DNA of 47,956 nucleotides from a virus. Made by a program: the position numbers and the translations under genes. The stretch is from the IMG/VR virus record IMGVR_UViG_3300003323_000065, positions 1-47,956 of that record, one strand, 5' to 3'. Positions 1 to 9,329 of this stretch are shown here, one piece after another. Each line of letters starts with the position of its first letter. Position 1 is the stretch's first letter. Below the pieces are notes generated by a model. The model made no database searches. It was not told the DNA's origin and saw only the letters and a program-made list of their open reading frames with translations.

Positions 1-25
1 GGCGAAAGCATCTGCACGACGCCGC
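1..25. repeat. 25-nt terminal direct repeat, identical to 47932..47956 (assembly overlap of a circular or circularly permuted genome)
   Basis: GGCGAAAGCATCTGCACGACGCCGC occurs at both ends; the minus-strand reading frame is continuous across the join. Confidence 0.9.
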
Positions 26-434
26 CAATCACCATTGAGAGGCCAAGGGAAGCCGCCGCGCCAGCATAGCCGCCAGCAGCGAAAGCAGCGCCGACGCCGC
101 CTGTGTAGATCGCAGCGACAACGATTAGGACCGCGCCGACAATGGTCTGCAACGTACCCTGCCGCTTGCTGCCTTGGATGATAGGAGCAATGCGAATCTC
201 ATCACTACCGACTGGATCGGCCAGGCCATCTTCACCGACATTACGCTTTCCAATAAAGATAGCAAACGTTAACCCATTGGCTTTAGAGTCAAAAAGATAC
301 TTTTTAAACCCTTCGACCTGAACGCATAGGGCATGGATTGCCTCTTTAGGCGAAGAGACAGCTAGCTCAAACTCTCGCCCGAATCGCTTACGCATGGGGC
401 CGTATAGAACTACCTTCTTTAGCGGCTTATCCAT
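1..434 (-). CDS. tail assembly protein I (lambda gpI-like), N-terminal part; continues at 47931..47748 across the circular join (205 aa total)
   Basis: ATG at 434 overlaps the K stop by 8 nt and gives MDKPLKKVVLYGPMRKRFGREFEL, colinear with lambda gpI ICLYGDLQRFG. Gly/Ala-rich hydrophobic stretch. In frame with ORF 47748..47948 through the 25-nt overlap. Confidence 0.8.
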   Translation of the reverse strand, partial: MDKPLKKVVLYGPMRKRFGREFELAVSSPKEAIHALCVQVEGFKKYLFDSKANGLTFAIFIGKRNVGEDGLADPVGSDEIRIAPIIQGSKRQGTLQTIVGAVLIVVAAIYTGGVGAAFAAGGYAGAAASLGLSMVIGGVVQMLS

Positions 435-1164
435 TGGGCATATCCTTGTGTCGCACTACGTAGACGGTACGCTCAGCCCAATAGCCGCCGTAGTTCTCTC
501 TGCGAGAGAGTCGGCCATGCAGGTGATGCAGCATCTGACCGTCACCGAGATAGACGCCAGCGTGGTTAGGTACTTTTGATCGTATGTTCATCAAAATAAT
601 GTCACCACGCCTAATTTCGTCAGTGATTTGGAAGAAGCCCTCAGCGTTAAGTCGATCCATGCTGTAAAGCTCTTGGCCTCTCTCCCACCAATCATCTTCT
701 CGCTCGTAATTAGACACGCGAATCCCATATTCACGCCACAAGAAATCTTGGAATAGCGTGAAACAGTCTAGGATTCCGTGCGCGAACTGTCGCCCCTCTA
801 GGGGGGCTTCAAAGCCACATGGCTCGCAGTATCCAGGCGTCCCGAATGTCGGCTTGCCGTCTACCATCCCCACACTAACGATATGCCAAGGAAGCTCCGA
901 AAGTTCACACTGCACACGGTCTGCATGGGATGGAGTAGACGCAGCGTTAGGGTGGCTATGAACTACAGCCACAATCTCGCCAATATCCTCGGCAGAAGCG
1001 AATTGTTCACCGCTAATTCTGAAATGCTCGGATGGATTGGAGTGTGAGTTTTCACACTCCATGTAAATTTCTGAACCTTCACGCTCAACAATAAAGCCGC
1101 ATGATTCATTCGGATAGCATCTTGCAGCATGATATTGAGCGGATTTTAGCGTGGACAACTTCAC
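427..1164 (-). CDS. tail assembly protein K (MPN/JAB plus NlpC/P60 domains, lambda gpK-like)
   Basis: VAVVHSHPNAASTPSHAD JAMM-like motif, NlpC/P60-like C-terminus; sits between L and I; AGGAG SD before GTG start. Confidence 0.85.
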   Translation of the reverse strand: MKLSTLKSAQYHAARCYPNESCGFIVEREGSEIYMECENSHSNPSEHFRISGEQFASAEDIGEIVAVVHSHPNAASTPSHADRVQCELSELPWHIVSVGMVDGKPTFGTPGYCEPCGFEAPLEGRQFAHGILDCFTLFQDFLWREYGIRVSNYEREDDWWERGQELYSMDRLNAEGFFQITDEIRRGDIILMNIRSKVPNHAGVYLGDGQMLHHLHGRLSRRENYGGYWAERTVYVVRHKDMPNG

Positions 1165-1165
1165 A

Positions 1166-1864
1166 TTAGCTCCTGATTAGAGATGCAGCCGGGAAGCTAC
1201 CATATGGCAATTCATTATTAGCTCCAAACCTAAGCTTGCAGCTACCAACCCTGCCACCGCAAACATCTAGACTTGGATCGCTAGTGGGATTGTCGTTAAT
1301 GTCGGCAACAGGCGAACCATTGTAACCGCAGTAAGGACCACGATAACCGCCGCGTAGAATCCAAGTGCAGGCGTTAGCGATAATCTGCCTGCCAGGCAAC
1401 TGCTGCCCGTTTAGGTCGGCAGCAGTGGCAAGTTCAAACTCAACCACCTCATCATTCTCGGCAGACTTGCGCTCGATGTACCAAATCTCATCGGGGAAAT
1501 GCTCATTGGGGTCTGCGGATGGGTTGGGCTGCGGGAAGTTCTCGGAATCAAGATATTGAACAAGCGTCTGACGCCTAATAAGTCGAGCGCCAACAAGGTC
1601 ATCAAACGCCAAGCATAGGGCCGTGATAGTCCCATCCACATTACCGACACGCAGCTTAGGCTGAGGAGGAGCGCTAGTGCTTCTAGCAAATCCATCGCAC
1701 TCAATCGGCCACGGGTCGTATTGCTGGCCCTGCCAATAGATAGCACCGCTCTGCAAGTGAGCATGGAAATACAATTGGTCCGCATTGATACTTGTTGCAT
1801 CAAGCTCAAATAGGACAATTTTGTTGCCAGGCTCTAGCGATTGAATGTCAGAATTAATTGTCAC
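1166..1864 (-). CDS. minor tail protein L (lambda gpL-like)
   Basis: C-terminal Cys cluster CTW..CGY..CGGRVGSCKLRFG as in lambda gpL; gene order M-(fibre)-L-K-I-J. Confidence 0.85.
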   Translation of the reverse strand: MTINSDIQSLEPGNKIVLFELDATSINADQLYFHAHLQSGAIYWQGQQYDPWPIECDGFARSTSAPPQPKLRVGNVDGTITALCLAFDDLVGARLIRRQTLVQYLDSENFPQPNPSADPNEHFPDEIWYIERKSAENDEVVEFELATAADLNGQQLPGRQIIANACTWILRGGYRGPYCGYNGSPVADINDNPTSDPSLDVCGGRVGSCKLRFGANNELPYGSFPAASLIRS

Positions 1865-1867
1865 TAA

Positions 1868-2605
1868 TTACGCCCTGCTCTCTAGAACTGCAATTCGTTT
1901 CTTTAATTCTTTTACACATTCAACAAGCAGTGCAACTACAGGAGTGTCATTAACTCCAAGTATATTTGAAATTTCGTTGCCTTCTACGTCAACACCTTTC
2001 AAGGCAACAACACTTGTGGAGCCAGGAAGTGCCGACTCAACCTCATCAGCGATTAGTCCATAAGTAGAATAAAAATACCTATTTGTTTCTACTGAGTTTT
2101 GCTTGTCGTAAGAATACCCATATATTTTATCAATCGCATCAAGCGGATTGCTTATTACTACTTTCTCTTTCTTAATCCTTGAATCAGACGTATTTACCCA
2201 TTGAGTACAATAAGCTTGTCCATTCTCTCTAAATCTAAAAAATGCTCCGTTAGGTGATTCAATGACTGTCTCAGACCAGGAGCCAACCGTTTCAGCAATA
2301 TAAGCTCTAGACCTAAGGCCGCCGCCCAGCCTGTTTTTTAGTCTTGATTCAAAGAATGGACCATAGTTTACATTGCCAACCGTTGAGCTTTCTCCACCGC
2401 CCGTTGCCAAGAAAGCAGGCGTGCCGTTTCCTAAATCTACAGTTATAGGGCCTACAGCAGTTCCGCCTGAGTTTGGAATTGCGGATGTAGCAAGAGGATA
2501 AAGCTCAGCGGTCATATTATTTACCTTCTCCCAAGCCGATTTAGTCGGCTCTCCCATCTTTCCATTGGGCTGAGGGGTGGTTAGATCAATTTCTTGCCGT
2601 GCCAT
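1868..2605 (-). CDS. short tail fibre/spike protein with C-terminal Peptidase_S74 intramolecular chaperone domain
   Basis: C-terminus NTSDSRIKKEK..YGYSYDK..GLIADEVESALPG..LLVECVKELKKRIAVLE matches the self-cleaving endosialidase chaperone pattern; AAGGAA SD; AT-rich. Confidence 0.75.
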   Translation of the reverse strand: MARQEIDLTTPQPNGKMGEPTKSAWEKVNNMTAELYPLATSAIPNSGGTAVGPITVDLGNGTPAFLATGGGESSTVGNVNYGPFFESRLKNRLGGGLRSRAYIAETVGSWSETVIESPNGAFFRFRENGQAYCTQWVNTSDSRIKKEKVVISNPLDAIDKIYGYSYDKQNSVETNRYFYSTYGLIADEVESALPGSTSVVALKGVDVEGNEISNILGVNDTPVVALLVECVKELKKRIAVLESRA

Positions 2606-2614
2606 GATTATTCC

Positions 2615-2947
2615 TTAAGGCTGATATGTTTGTTCAAATGTAGCTGTAACTGTCCACAGCCTATTGCCGTTAGGGGATGGATTGTAGGTGTCGCAGTAGA
2701 AGTAAGCATCGCCAAAGAATGGAACTTCCCAAATGAAACTCTTTCCTACATGGGAGTCCAAGAAATCGATGATCTGTTGTGCGCGATCCTTGGTCCCAAC
2801 AAATTCGACATTCCATGCGCGCTTAAGCGGGTTGATTCCATCAGCCGCAGACTGCGCGTATCCGTCTCCAAACTGAGCGCGCTTGATAGAGCTAGTTACC
2901 TGGCCGGTAGACTGTTTAGTGGCACACCATGTAAATCTGTCGGCCAT
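2615..2947 (-). CDS. minor tail protein M (lambda gpM-like)
   Basis: FGDGYAQSAADGIN motif equals lambda gpM FGDGYSQRAPAGLN; immediately downstream of the tape measure gene. Confidence 0.8.
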   Translation of the reverse strand: MADRFTWCATKQSTGQVTSSIKRAQFGDGYAQSAADGINPLKRAWNVEFVGTKDRAQQIIDFLDSHVGKSFIWEVPFFGDAYFYCDTYNPSPNGNRLWTVTATFEQTYQP

Positions 2948-5781
2948 TAGCCCATCCCTCTCAAGGTCTTATAGACAGCACCACCAGTACGGTTCTGCTT
3001 AACCCACCACTGGCTGCACGCTGCTTCGATCATATTAACTAGCTGCATACCATCTTGGCTAGCACTTCCGTTCTGCGTTTGAGACGTAACCGTTCCGCCT
3101 TCCATGTTTATATTGATTTCAAAGGTTGGCGAAGCATTGTTAGGCGAAGAGGATGCGCCACCGCCAACAATGCTGCCACTGGCATATCCAGCAGTAGGAC
3201 GCATGGCATTGGCTCGTTTGGGACCGCCAACAGCCTTTACGTCAGCCTGCGACCATACGACTTCGCCACGATGGACGATGCCAGCGGGAGTGTGCTTTCC
3301 ACCATCGCCAGTATAGCCGCCGCTAGCAAAACCTGTGATGCGAGGGCCAAATGACTGCCCGATGCTTGACACCAATCCTACCAAGGCTTGCCTTGCATAA
3401 ATCTTTGCAAGATCGGAAAGGATAGAGATTGTGAATTCCTTAAAGCTCGCCTTGCCAGTAGTAACAAACCTAGTGAGCGCGTCCGTAGCGCCCTCAAAGG
3501 CATTCGTGAATAGACTCTGATACTGACCAGCAACATTCTTGCTGTTTGCAAGGAATTCCTCAAATGCTGCATTTGCTCCATTGCGCCAATCGCCCATAGC
3601 AGCTTGACGCTCCTGCTGGAATGCTTGTTCCAAAGCAAGACGATCTGCCAAGCTCTTTTCTAGCAACGCCTTCTCGCGGGCATACTCTTCCTCACTAAGC
3701 GCCGTATTCTTATTACGCTGGGCACGGTCAAGCTTCTCAACCTCACTCAAATAATCTCGGCGAAGGTTCAACTGACGTTGCAATAGCTCAGACGCCTGAG
3801 AACCTCTGCCAATCGACATTAGGCTAACTTCATTCTGATCCTGTTGCTGCTTATAGACCTGCGCCAGCCGCTCAGTAAGAGCCGCATTGGCCGCAGTGTC
3901 ACGCGTAAGCTGCTGCCTTGCCTTAGCCTGCTTATCGGTTACCTCTAGCTCCTGCTGCGCAGCCACAAGCAATGAGCGCGTTGCAGCGGTCATTGTGTTG
4001 GTTGTGTCAGAAAGGCGCTGCTTGATCTGGATCGATAGACGCTCGCTCGCACTAACAGCCTGACCTGTGTCCGCAAGCTGATTGTTAGCCTCAATCTGCC
4101 TACGAACAGTATCTAGCAACGTCTGTGCTGAATTCTGATCAGAATTAGCCGCTGGCTTATTCCTCTTGGCATCGACCTCTGCTTGCTTGGTTTTGTACTC
4201 AGTTACAGCTCGCTCAATCTCAAGCTCGTTGATGCCAGCGGCCAAGCCAGCCTTTCGAATCTTCTCAATTCCTTCCTCAATCTGCTTCTGGCGATTTGAT
4301 TGAGAAACGATCTGCTTCCACTGCTGCCCAGCCTGCTCAAGGCGGCGCACGCTGTCACTATCAATTGCACCAGCATTTGCAGAGCCAGCCGTAGAAGAAA
4401 CAGAGGAGGTAACTCCACGGAAGGCATTTCCGCCGAACCCTACTAGCGCGCCAGCAATCGGGTTAAGCAGGCCAATGCCTAGCGCTCCCCCGGCCTGACG
4501 AGCGCCACCCATTCGGTCTAGAGCATCTGCAAGGTTCTGTAGTGGTCCCTGAGCCTTATTGGCGAAGTTGGTAAATTCGTCCCAAGCCTCAGCCGTGGCT
4601 ATCTTGATATTCTTCCACGCGGTAGAGACAAGATTTAGGTTTGCCTCAATCTCAGTGGCACGTCCATTGACAACATTGGCATAGATATTTGCAGCCTCAG
4701 TTACAGCCTCTTGTTGTCTGCCCTCATCCTGAAGCGCCTTGATCCGGTCATACTGAGTCTGTGTGAGGAAATGCTCAGCCTCATTCAGACGCAGTAGAGC
4801 CTGAGTCGGGTCTTTAGCAATGTCCTCAAACTTCTTGGCTACAGTGTCTACGGCATCGCCAGTAGCTACGCTCCACCGCAGGCTAGCCTCAGTCGCAGTC
4901 TTGAATGTCTCGCCCGTCAAACGGCCTGTAGCGGCGATTTGAGTCAACGCCTGTAGCGCTCCACCACGGGTTACGCCGCCAATCTTGTCGTAAGAGTCTG
5001 CCAGCGCTTCAAGGTCTTTCGCGCTAGACGCTGCATAGCGGCCAGTAGTGATTAGCGCCTGCTCCGCCGCATCCTGCTGCTTAGCCGCCTGATACCAAGC
5101 ATAGCCAAACGCCGCAACAGCAGCAGCCGCCAGGGTTAGCGGGTTAATCATACTCAGCAGGGTAGAGCCAAGCGCCCTAGCCGCAGGCACGATGCCGCCG
5201 AACATGTCTTTTAGCTGTCCGCCCTGCTGGATCGCAACAAGATAGGCAGGCTGCCCGCCAATCAGGCTAGTGGTAATGTCGGTGATCTGTGCAGGCACGT
5301 TGCGCATAGCTGCGCTGTAGGCGCGCTGAGACATTCCAGCCTGTTGCGCTGCACCGCTTACATTGCTTAGCGCAGTACGTTGCTGCGTAAGTTTTTGGTT
5401 GTACTGATCGAAAGTATCAGTATCAACTAGCCCTTTTCGACGGAAGTCAGCTAGCTTGCGCTCTTGCTCATCAAGCCTAGCCAGGGCATTTACAGCAGGA
5501 TCGATCTGGCCTATTAGCTTTGCTAGTTCCCGCTGCTGATCTTGGATCGTGCTATTGGCTTTCTGAGCGCTTGCAGCCCGGCGAGCATCAGCCTGTTCCA
5601 TCTCACGGGCACGAGCATTGGCCTTCTGCTGCTCTGCCGCCCAATCAGTAGTCGTCTTGGAAAGCTTATCAGTGGCCTTCTCTGCACGCGCACCCGCTGC
5701 GGCAAGGTCGTCTAGATCGCGGGCCGCATCCTCGGCTTGCTTTGAATCAATCTGGATGCCGAGTTGTGCAAAATTAGCCAT
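2947..5781 (-). CDS. tail tape measure protein
   Basis: 944 aa, Ala/Gln/Arg-rich coiled-coil, Gly/Ala hydrophobic segments, follows the G/GT chaperone genes. Confidence 0.9.
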   Translation of the reverse strand: MANFAQLGIQIDSKQAEDAARDLDDLAAAGARAEKATDKLSKTTTDWAAEQQKANARAREMEQADARRAASAQKANSTIQDQQRELAKLIGQIDPAVNALARLDEQERKLADFRRKGLVDTDTFDQYNQKLTQQRTALSNVSGAAQQAGMSQRAYSAAMRNVPAQITDITTSLIGGQPAYLVAIQQGGQLKDMFGGIVPAARALGSTLLSMINPLTLAAAAVAAFGYAWYQAAKQQDAAEQALITTGRYAASSAKDLEALADSYDKIGGVTRGGALQALTQIAATGRLTGETFKTATEASLRWSVATGDAVDTVAKKFEDIAKDPTQALLRLNEAEHFLTQTQYDRIKALQDEGRQQEAVTEAANIYANVVNGRATEIEANLNLVSTAWKNIKIATAEAWDEFTNFANKAQGPLQNLADALDRMGGARQAGGALGIGLLNPIAGALVGFGGNAFRGVTSSVSSTAGSANAGAIDSDSVRRLEQAGQQWKQIVSQSNRQKQIEEGIEKIRKAGLAAGINELEIERAVTEYKTKQAEVDAKRNKPAANSDQNSAQTLLDTVRRQIEANNQLADTGQAVSASERLSIQIKQRLSDTTNTMTAATRSLLVAAQQELEVTDKQAKARQQLTRDTAANAALTERLAQVYKQQQDQNEVSLMSIGRGSQASELLQRQLNLRRDYLSEVEKLDRAQRNKNTALSEEEYAREKALLEKSLADRLALEQAFQQERQAAMGDWRNGANAAFEEFLANSKNVAGQYQSLFTNAFEGATDALTRFVTTGKASFKEFTISILSDLAKIYARQALVGLVSSIGQSFGPRITGFASGGYTGDGGKHTPAGIVHRGEVVWSQADVKAVGGPKRANAMRPTAGYASGSIVGGGASSSPNNASPTFEININMEGGTVTSQTQNGSASQDGMQLVNMIEAACSQWWVKQNRTGGAVYKTLRGMG

Positions 5782-6483
5782 CGTTTCTATGCTCCGCCAT
5801 GGTTTCTAGGGCGACACTTTCCATAATGCGGACCGATGCGAATACTTCCGGCCTGCGCTTCTTACCCACCCCCACCATATCCATGACCACGGGCATTGCA
5901 GCGTAGTCCAGACCGGTTGCCCCTGCCATGCCTACTCGCCACTGTGTCGCCATCGACTCAAAGACATAGAAGGCATCTGCGTTACATTCCCAAACCTCGA
6001 TAGTGTTGTCAGACTCATCGAAGTCATCAGGGTCAAAGCCTAGCGCCGCCATTGCCGTCATATCGGCTTCCGGGGCGCTAAGCTCATAGGCAACCTGCCT
6101 CAGTTTCCCTCGCGGGCCTTGTCATAGGCTGCGAGATAGCCGTTTACGATTGCAGCCGGAAGCTCAGAGCCGGATTCCACCAGCGCTCGCAGGTTCTCAT
6201 CGTTGAACTCTTCCTCAATGTCCCAGCCGACAATGATCGACTTCAACTGAGGAACCTCAAAATCAATGGCGAACTTGGCAAGCTCAGTGCCATATTCCGT
6301 TTCCTTAGCCTTCTCCATGAAAGACTGAGCAAACTTCATACGGGCATCATGGAACTTAGCCAGCGACTCACGATCCATCCACTTAAACGTGAAACTCACC
6401 GGAACCGGAGCCTGCCCGGGTGCGGGCAGGCTCACAGTCGTGGTAAAGGTCGGATCACGCTTGATCGAGAACTTCTTTGCCAC
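5774..6483 (-). CDS. tail assembly chaperone GT-like fusion made by programmed -1 frameshift at 6103..6109
   Basis: After a -1 slip on GGGAAAC the frame reads GKLRQVAYELSAPEAD and enters ORF 5774..6061 (MTAMAALGF...) with no stop. Confidence 0.7.
6100..6483 (-). CDS. tail assembly chaperone (lambda gpG-like)
   Basis: 127-aa acidic protein between tail tube and tape measure; ends ..AREGN* directly on the slippery heptamer. Confidence 0.75.
   Translation of the reverse strand: MAKKFSIKRDPTFTTTVSLPAPGQAPVPVSFTFKWMDRESLAKFHDARMKFAQSFMEKAKETEYGTELAKFAIDFEVPQLKSIIVGWDIEEEFNDENLRALVESGSELPAAIVNGYLAAYDKAREGN
6103..6109 (-). promoter_or_regulatory. -1 ribosomal frameshift slippery heptamer G GGA AAC
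   Basis: Plus-strand gtttccc = minus-strand GGGAAAC (X XXY YYZ) immediately before the TGA at 6100..6102. Confidence 0.7.
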
Positions 6484-6493
6484 AAATTACTCC

Positions 6494-7147
6494 TTATGGG
6501 GCCGGATACTTGGTAATGTCGGTAACGGCGATGTTCAGCGTGCGAACCATCACCTCACCGCGAGTCATAGTGGAATCCGGACTGATAATGTGGATGCCCG
6601 GATACAGCTTGACCTTGCCGGACTTCAGCGTGATGCGGGTGATAGTTGGCTCCTGAGACTTAGTAACTTCCTCGAAACGCTCAATCGCCGGGTTACCATC
6701 AAGATCAACAACAGACATTTGCCAATCAATGGGAGAGAACCCATTGAACAGTCGAGTGGTCTTCTGCTCCTGAAGGCAACCAACTTCAGTCCACTGAGCC
6801 TCGCCGCCAGTAAGGGACGTGTCAGTAACGCAAGGAACTTCAGTCCAAGAGACAACCTCCTGGAAGGAGCCAGCGCCGCCACCCGGAGAGAAATCGGTCG
6901 TATCCGAAGTGTCAGCACCAATTAGCGTGAATGTATCAACATCAGTGACGCCGACGCGGAATGCACGGCCATCAAGCTCACACCACGGGGAGTTGATGAT
7001 TACATAATCACCGGCAGTTAGACCGTGCGAGTCTGCTGTTACAACAGCAGGGTTAGCGTTAGTGATCGCGGTAATGGTTACCGGAGCGCCCATTGAAAGT
7101 GCGGTATGAACTTTCGCACCGTTGGGAAGTTCCATTCTCTTAGCCAT
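6494..7147 (-). CDS. major tail tube protein
   Basis: 217 aa, directly upstream of the chaperone pair and downstream of the terminator-like gene; size and order typical. Confidence 0.7.
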   Translation of the reverse strand: MAKRMELPNGAKVHTALSMGAPVTITAITNANPAVVTADSHGLTAGDYVIINSPWCELDGRAFRVGVTDVDTFTLIGADTSDTTDFSPGGGAGSFQEVVSWTEVPCVTDTSLTGGEAQWTEVGCLQEQKTTRLFNGFSPIDWQMSVVDLDGNPAIERFEEVTKSQEPTITRITLKSGKVKLYPGIHIISPDSTMTRGEVMVRTLNIAVTDITKYPAP

Positions 7148-7158
7148 ATATAAACCTC

Positions 7159-7575
7159 TTAGGTAGCAACTACGCCACGGTACGGGATTGTAACGGGGAC
7201 ATTGTAGCGCGAATTGTCCACTATAGTTGGACCTTGTTCAACGGCATCGGTGATGCTGCCATTAAATAAAGGGTCTCCTAAATCAGAGTCAACCGGGAAA
7301 ACTGATTGGATCTCCGAAATGATAGATTCTGCAACTGAAATGGACTGTGACGGATCGCAGGAGATAGTCACCTGGTACAGACCTAGATAGGTGATCTCAT
7401 CACCTTGCAGACACTCGGTACGGGCAGATGCAGGAAGAAGGTAGCCATGGATATAGACCGGCTTTGTTACATCTGCCTTCTGAATTCCAAAGAAGGCAGG
7501 CAGTACAGGGTTACGAGCCTTGGCCCATGCTGCAAGCTTGGTTTCAATGGCGATACGGGCTTTTGCTTGTGACAC
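7159..7575 (-). CDS. tail terminator-like protein (gpU position)
   Basis: 138 aa, position only, between the gp10-like protein and the tube gene. Confidence 0.45.
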   Translation of the reverse strand: MSQAKARIAIETKLAAWAKARNPVLPAFFGIQKADVTKPVYIHGYLLPASARTECLQGDEITYLGLYQVTISCDPSQSISVAESIISEIQSVFPVDSDLGDPLFNGSITDAVEQGPTIVDNSRYNVPVTIPYRGVVAT

Positions 7576-8015
7576 TACTGATTCTCCCTAATAGCCTGCT
7601 GGACCAGTTGCTGAAATTGTGCCTGAGCGATACGAACTATGCCTGATGGGGCTTGCTGGGAATGGCCGAATTCAAGGGGGACAGCGTATGGCAAGTTGTT
7701 TTGCAGGTAAGCCGCCTGCCCGAACGTCAAATTGCCAATCTCAGTCAGCATCTTAGCTAGAACCTCGCTTCCTTGCTTATCTGGAGTCTCGGGGACAGCC
7801 GTATCATATCCATCAATGCTCAACCTGCATGCACCCTTGAATTTTCCTGTGTCTACAGGTGATAGACGCACAATAACACCTGCCATAGACATTACAACAT
7901 CGCGGAAGATCGAATCAGCCCTATCCATCGTCTCATCGGCGAACTGCTGAATTTGCGCGGAGAACGATCCGCTTAGGCCGCCATACTTACGAGTCATGTG
8001 ATGAGATTTTGGCAT
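7575..8015 (-). CDS. HK97 gp10-family neck/tail completion protein
   Basis: NNLPYAVPLEFGHSQQAP resembles the HK97 gp10 family signature. Confidence 0.6.
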   Translation of the reverse strand: MPKSHHMTRKYGGLSGSFSAQIQQFADETMDRADSIFRDVVMSMAGVIVRLSPVDTGKFKGACRLSIDGYDTAVPETPDKQGSEVLAKMLTEIGNLTFGQAAYLQNNLPYAVPLEFGHSQQAPSGIVRIAQAQFQQLVQQAIRENQ

Positions 8016-8084
8016 ATTCGTCCAGGTAGCATTGTTTGGCGGACTATGTTATATTCGATTACACGAAAACAAGGTGCTTTAAAG

Positions 8085-8657
8085 ATGTCTGAGCGTTGGC
8101 GTAGCGTAGTTTCGCACGATGGCCTTTACGAGGTCTCATCTTTCGGAAGAGTAAAATCCCTTGGCAGGACAAAGGAATACCCTGGCGGTTACAAGAAATC
8201 ATTCCCATCCAAAATTCTAAAGCCTAGAAGGGTTAATGGTTACTTTCATGTAACGCTTACCGATAATTTCAAAAATAAACTTCAAATTTCCATACACGAC
8301 TTGGTTGCAACTGCCTTCATTGGACCTAGGCCAGATGGAATGCAGATCGACCATATCAACGCAGTAAAAACTGATAACAGAGTTGAAAACCTAGAGTGGG
8401 TTTCTCGATCAGAAAATACAAAAAGAGCATTCAGGCTTGGATTGATGACAGGGATACAGCGCGGCGAAGATGTTAATTTCTCAAGGTTGACCGAAAAGGT
8501 GGTCATGGATATTGTCGCTATGCACAAAAGTGGCTATAAGAAATACAAAATTGCAGAGAAATTTGGAGTTGCCGGATCAACAGTAAGTTCGATTTGCAGG
8601 GGGCAAACATGGGGATGGCTTACCGGAATTGAAAAGGTTAGGAAAAAGAGGGTTTAG
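8085..8657 (+). CDS. HNH homing endonuclease (NUMOD4-like N-terminus plus HNH_3 plus C-terminal HTH)
   Basis: WRSVVSHDGLYEVSSFGRVKSL; IDHINAVKTDNRVENLEWVSRSEN. Likely ATG at 8085 with AAGGTG SD; only plus-strand gene inside the structural operon. Confidence 0.85.
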   Translation: MSERWRSVVSHDGLYEVSSFGRVKSLGRTKEYPGGYKKSFPSKILKPRRVNGYFHVTLTDNFKNKLQISIHDLVATAFIGPRPDGMQIDHINAVKTDNRVENLEWVSRSENTKRAFRLGLMTGIQRGEDVNFSRLTEKVVMDIVAMHKSGYKKYKIAEKFGVAGSTVSSICRGQTWGWLTGIEKVRKKRV

Positions 8658-9043
8658 CCCCTGCACTGAAGCTCATATCCGCATGTAACTCCAGCGAAAT
8701 TCCACGGGCCTACGCCAATAATGTTGTATTCGCTGCCGTCAAACAGGATCACGTCATTAGTGCTTGGCTCTGGAATGTCGGAACCATCCGCAGCAACGGG
8801 AGATAGGAGGATTCGCGTATCGCCTTGCAGAATGTAGGAGCCGTCAATGTCCTGCTGATCGTAGTTGGTGCGCAGACCGGAGCCATTGGTATCGGTCCAG
8901 ACTACATCCTGCCCGCCAGTATCAGGGTTGTACTCGCCCACAGTTTTCTTGCGCAGCACTAAGCCAAGCCCCTTTCCCTGCGGCCTTGGAGCTAGCATGC
9001 GAATGGCTAGGGCGCGGCCCCTGTCGTGAATGTCAGGCATCAT
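8654..9043 (-). CDS. hypothetical head-tail joining region protein
   Basis: 129-aa ORF in the neck module, overlapping starts and stops with neighbours. Confidence 0.5.
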   Translation of the reverse strand: MMPDIHDRGRALAIRMLAPRPQGKGLGLVLRKKTVGEYNPDTGGQDVVWTDTNGSGLRTNYDQQDIDGSYILQGDTRILLSPVAADGSDIPEPSTNDVILFDGSEYNIIGVGPWNFAGVTCGYELQCRG

Positions 9044-9329
9044 CTTCCGGCTCTTCTTCGGGCAGCGGGTCAGGCGGAAGCTCAGGCTGCTCTAGCTCAA
9101 TGCCATCGCCCTGAATCTCGACCAACCCCTCAGCAATGTCTGTGACAATCTCTCCGTTCTCGATGAGGAATAGGCCGTCAGCATCCTTCACATTGAACTC
9201 AGCCCAGCCCTCAGCCGTGTCTAGGCGAACTACGTTGTTTAGCATCTCGCCATTGACATAAACGACAATAGGCCGATGGGCTAGATAGTTTTCATATCCT
9301 TCATCACCCTTGAATACGCTGAGTTTCAT
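9033..9329 (-). CDS. hypothetical protein, acidic C-terminus
   Basis: 98-aa ORF, coupled to neighbours. Confidence 0.5.
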   Translation of the reverse strand: MKLSVFKGDEGYENYLAHRPIVVYVNGEMLNNVVRLDTAEGWAEFNVKDADGLFLIENGEIVTDIAEGLVEIQGDGIELEQPELPPDPLPEEEPEDDA

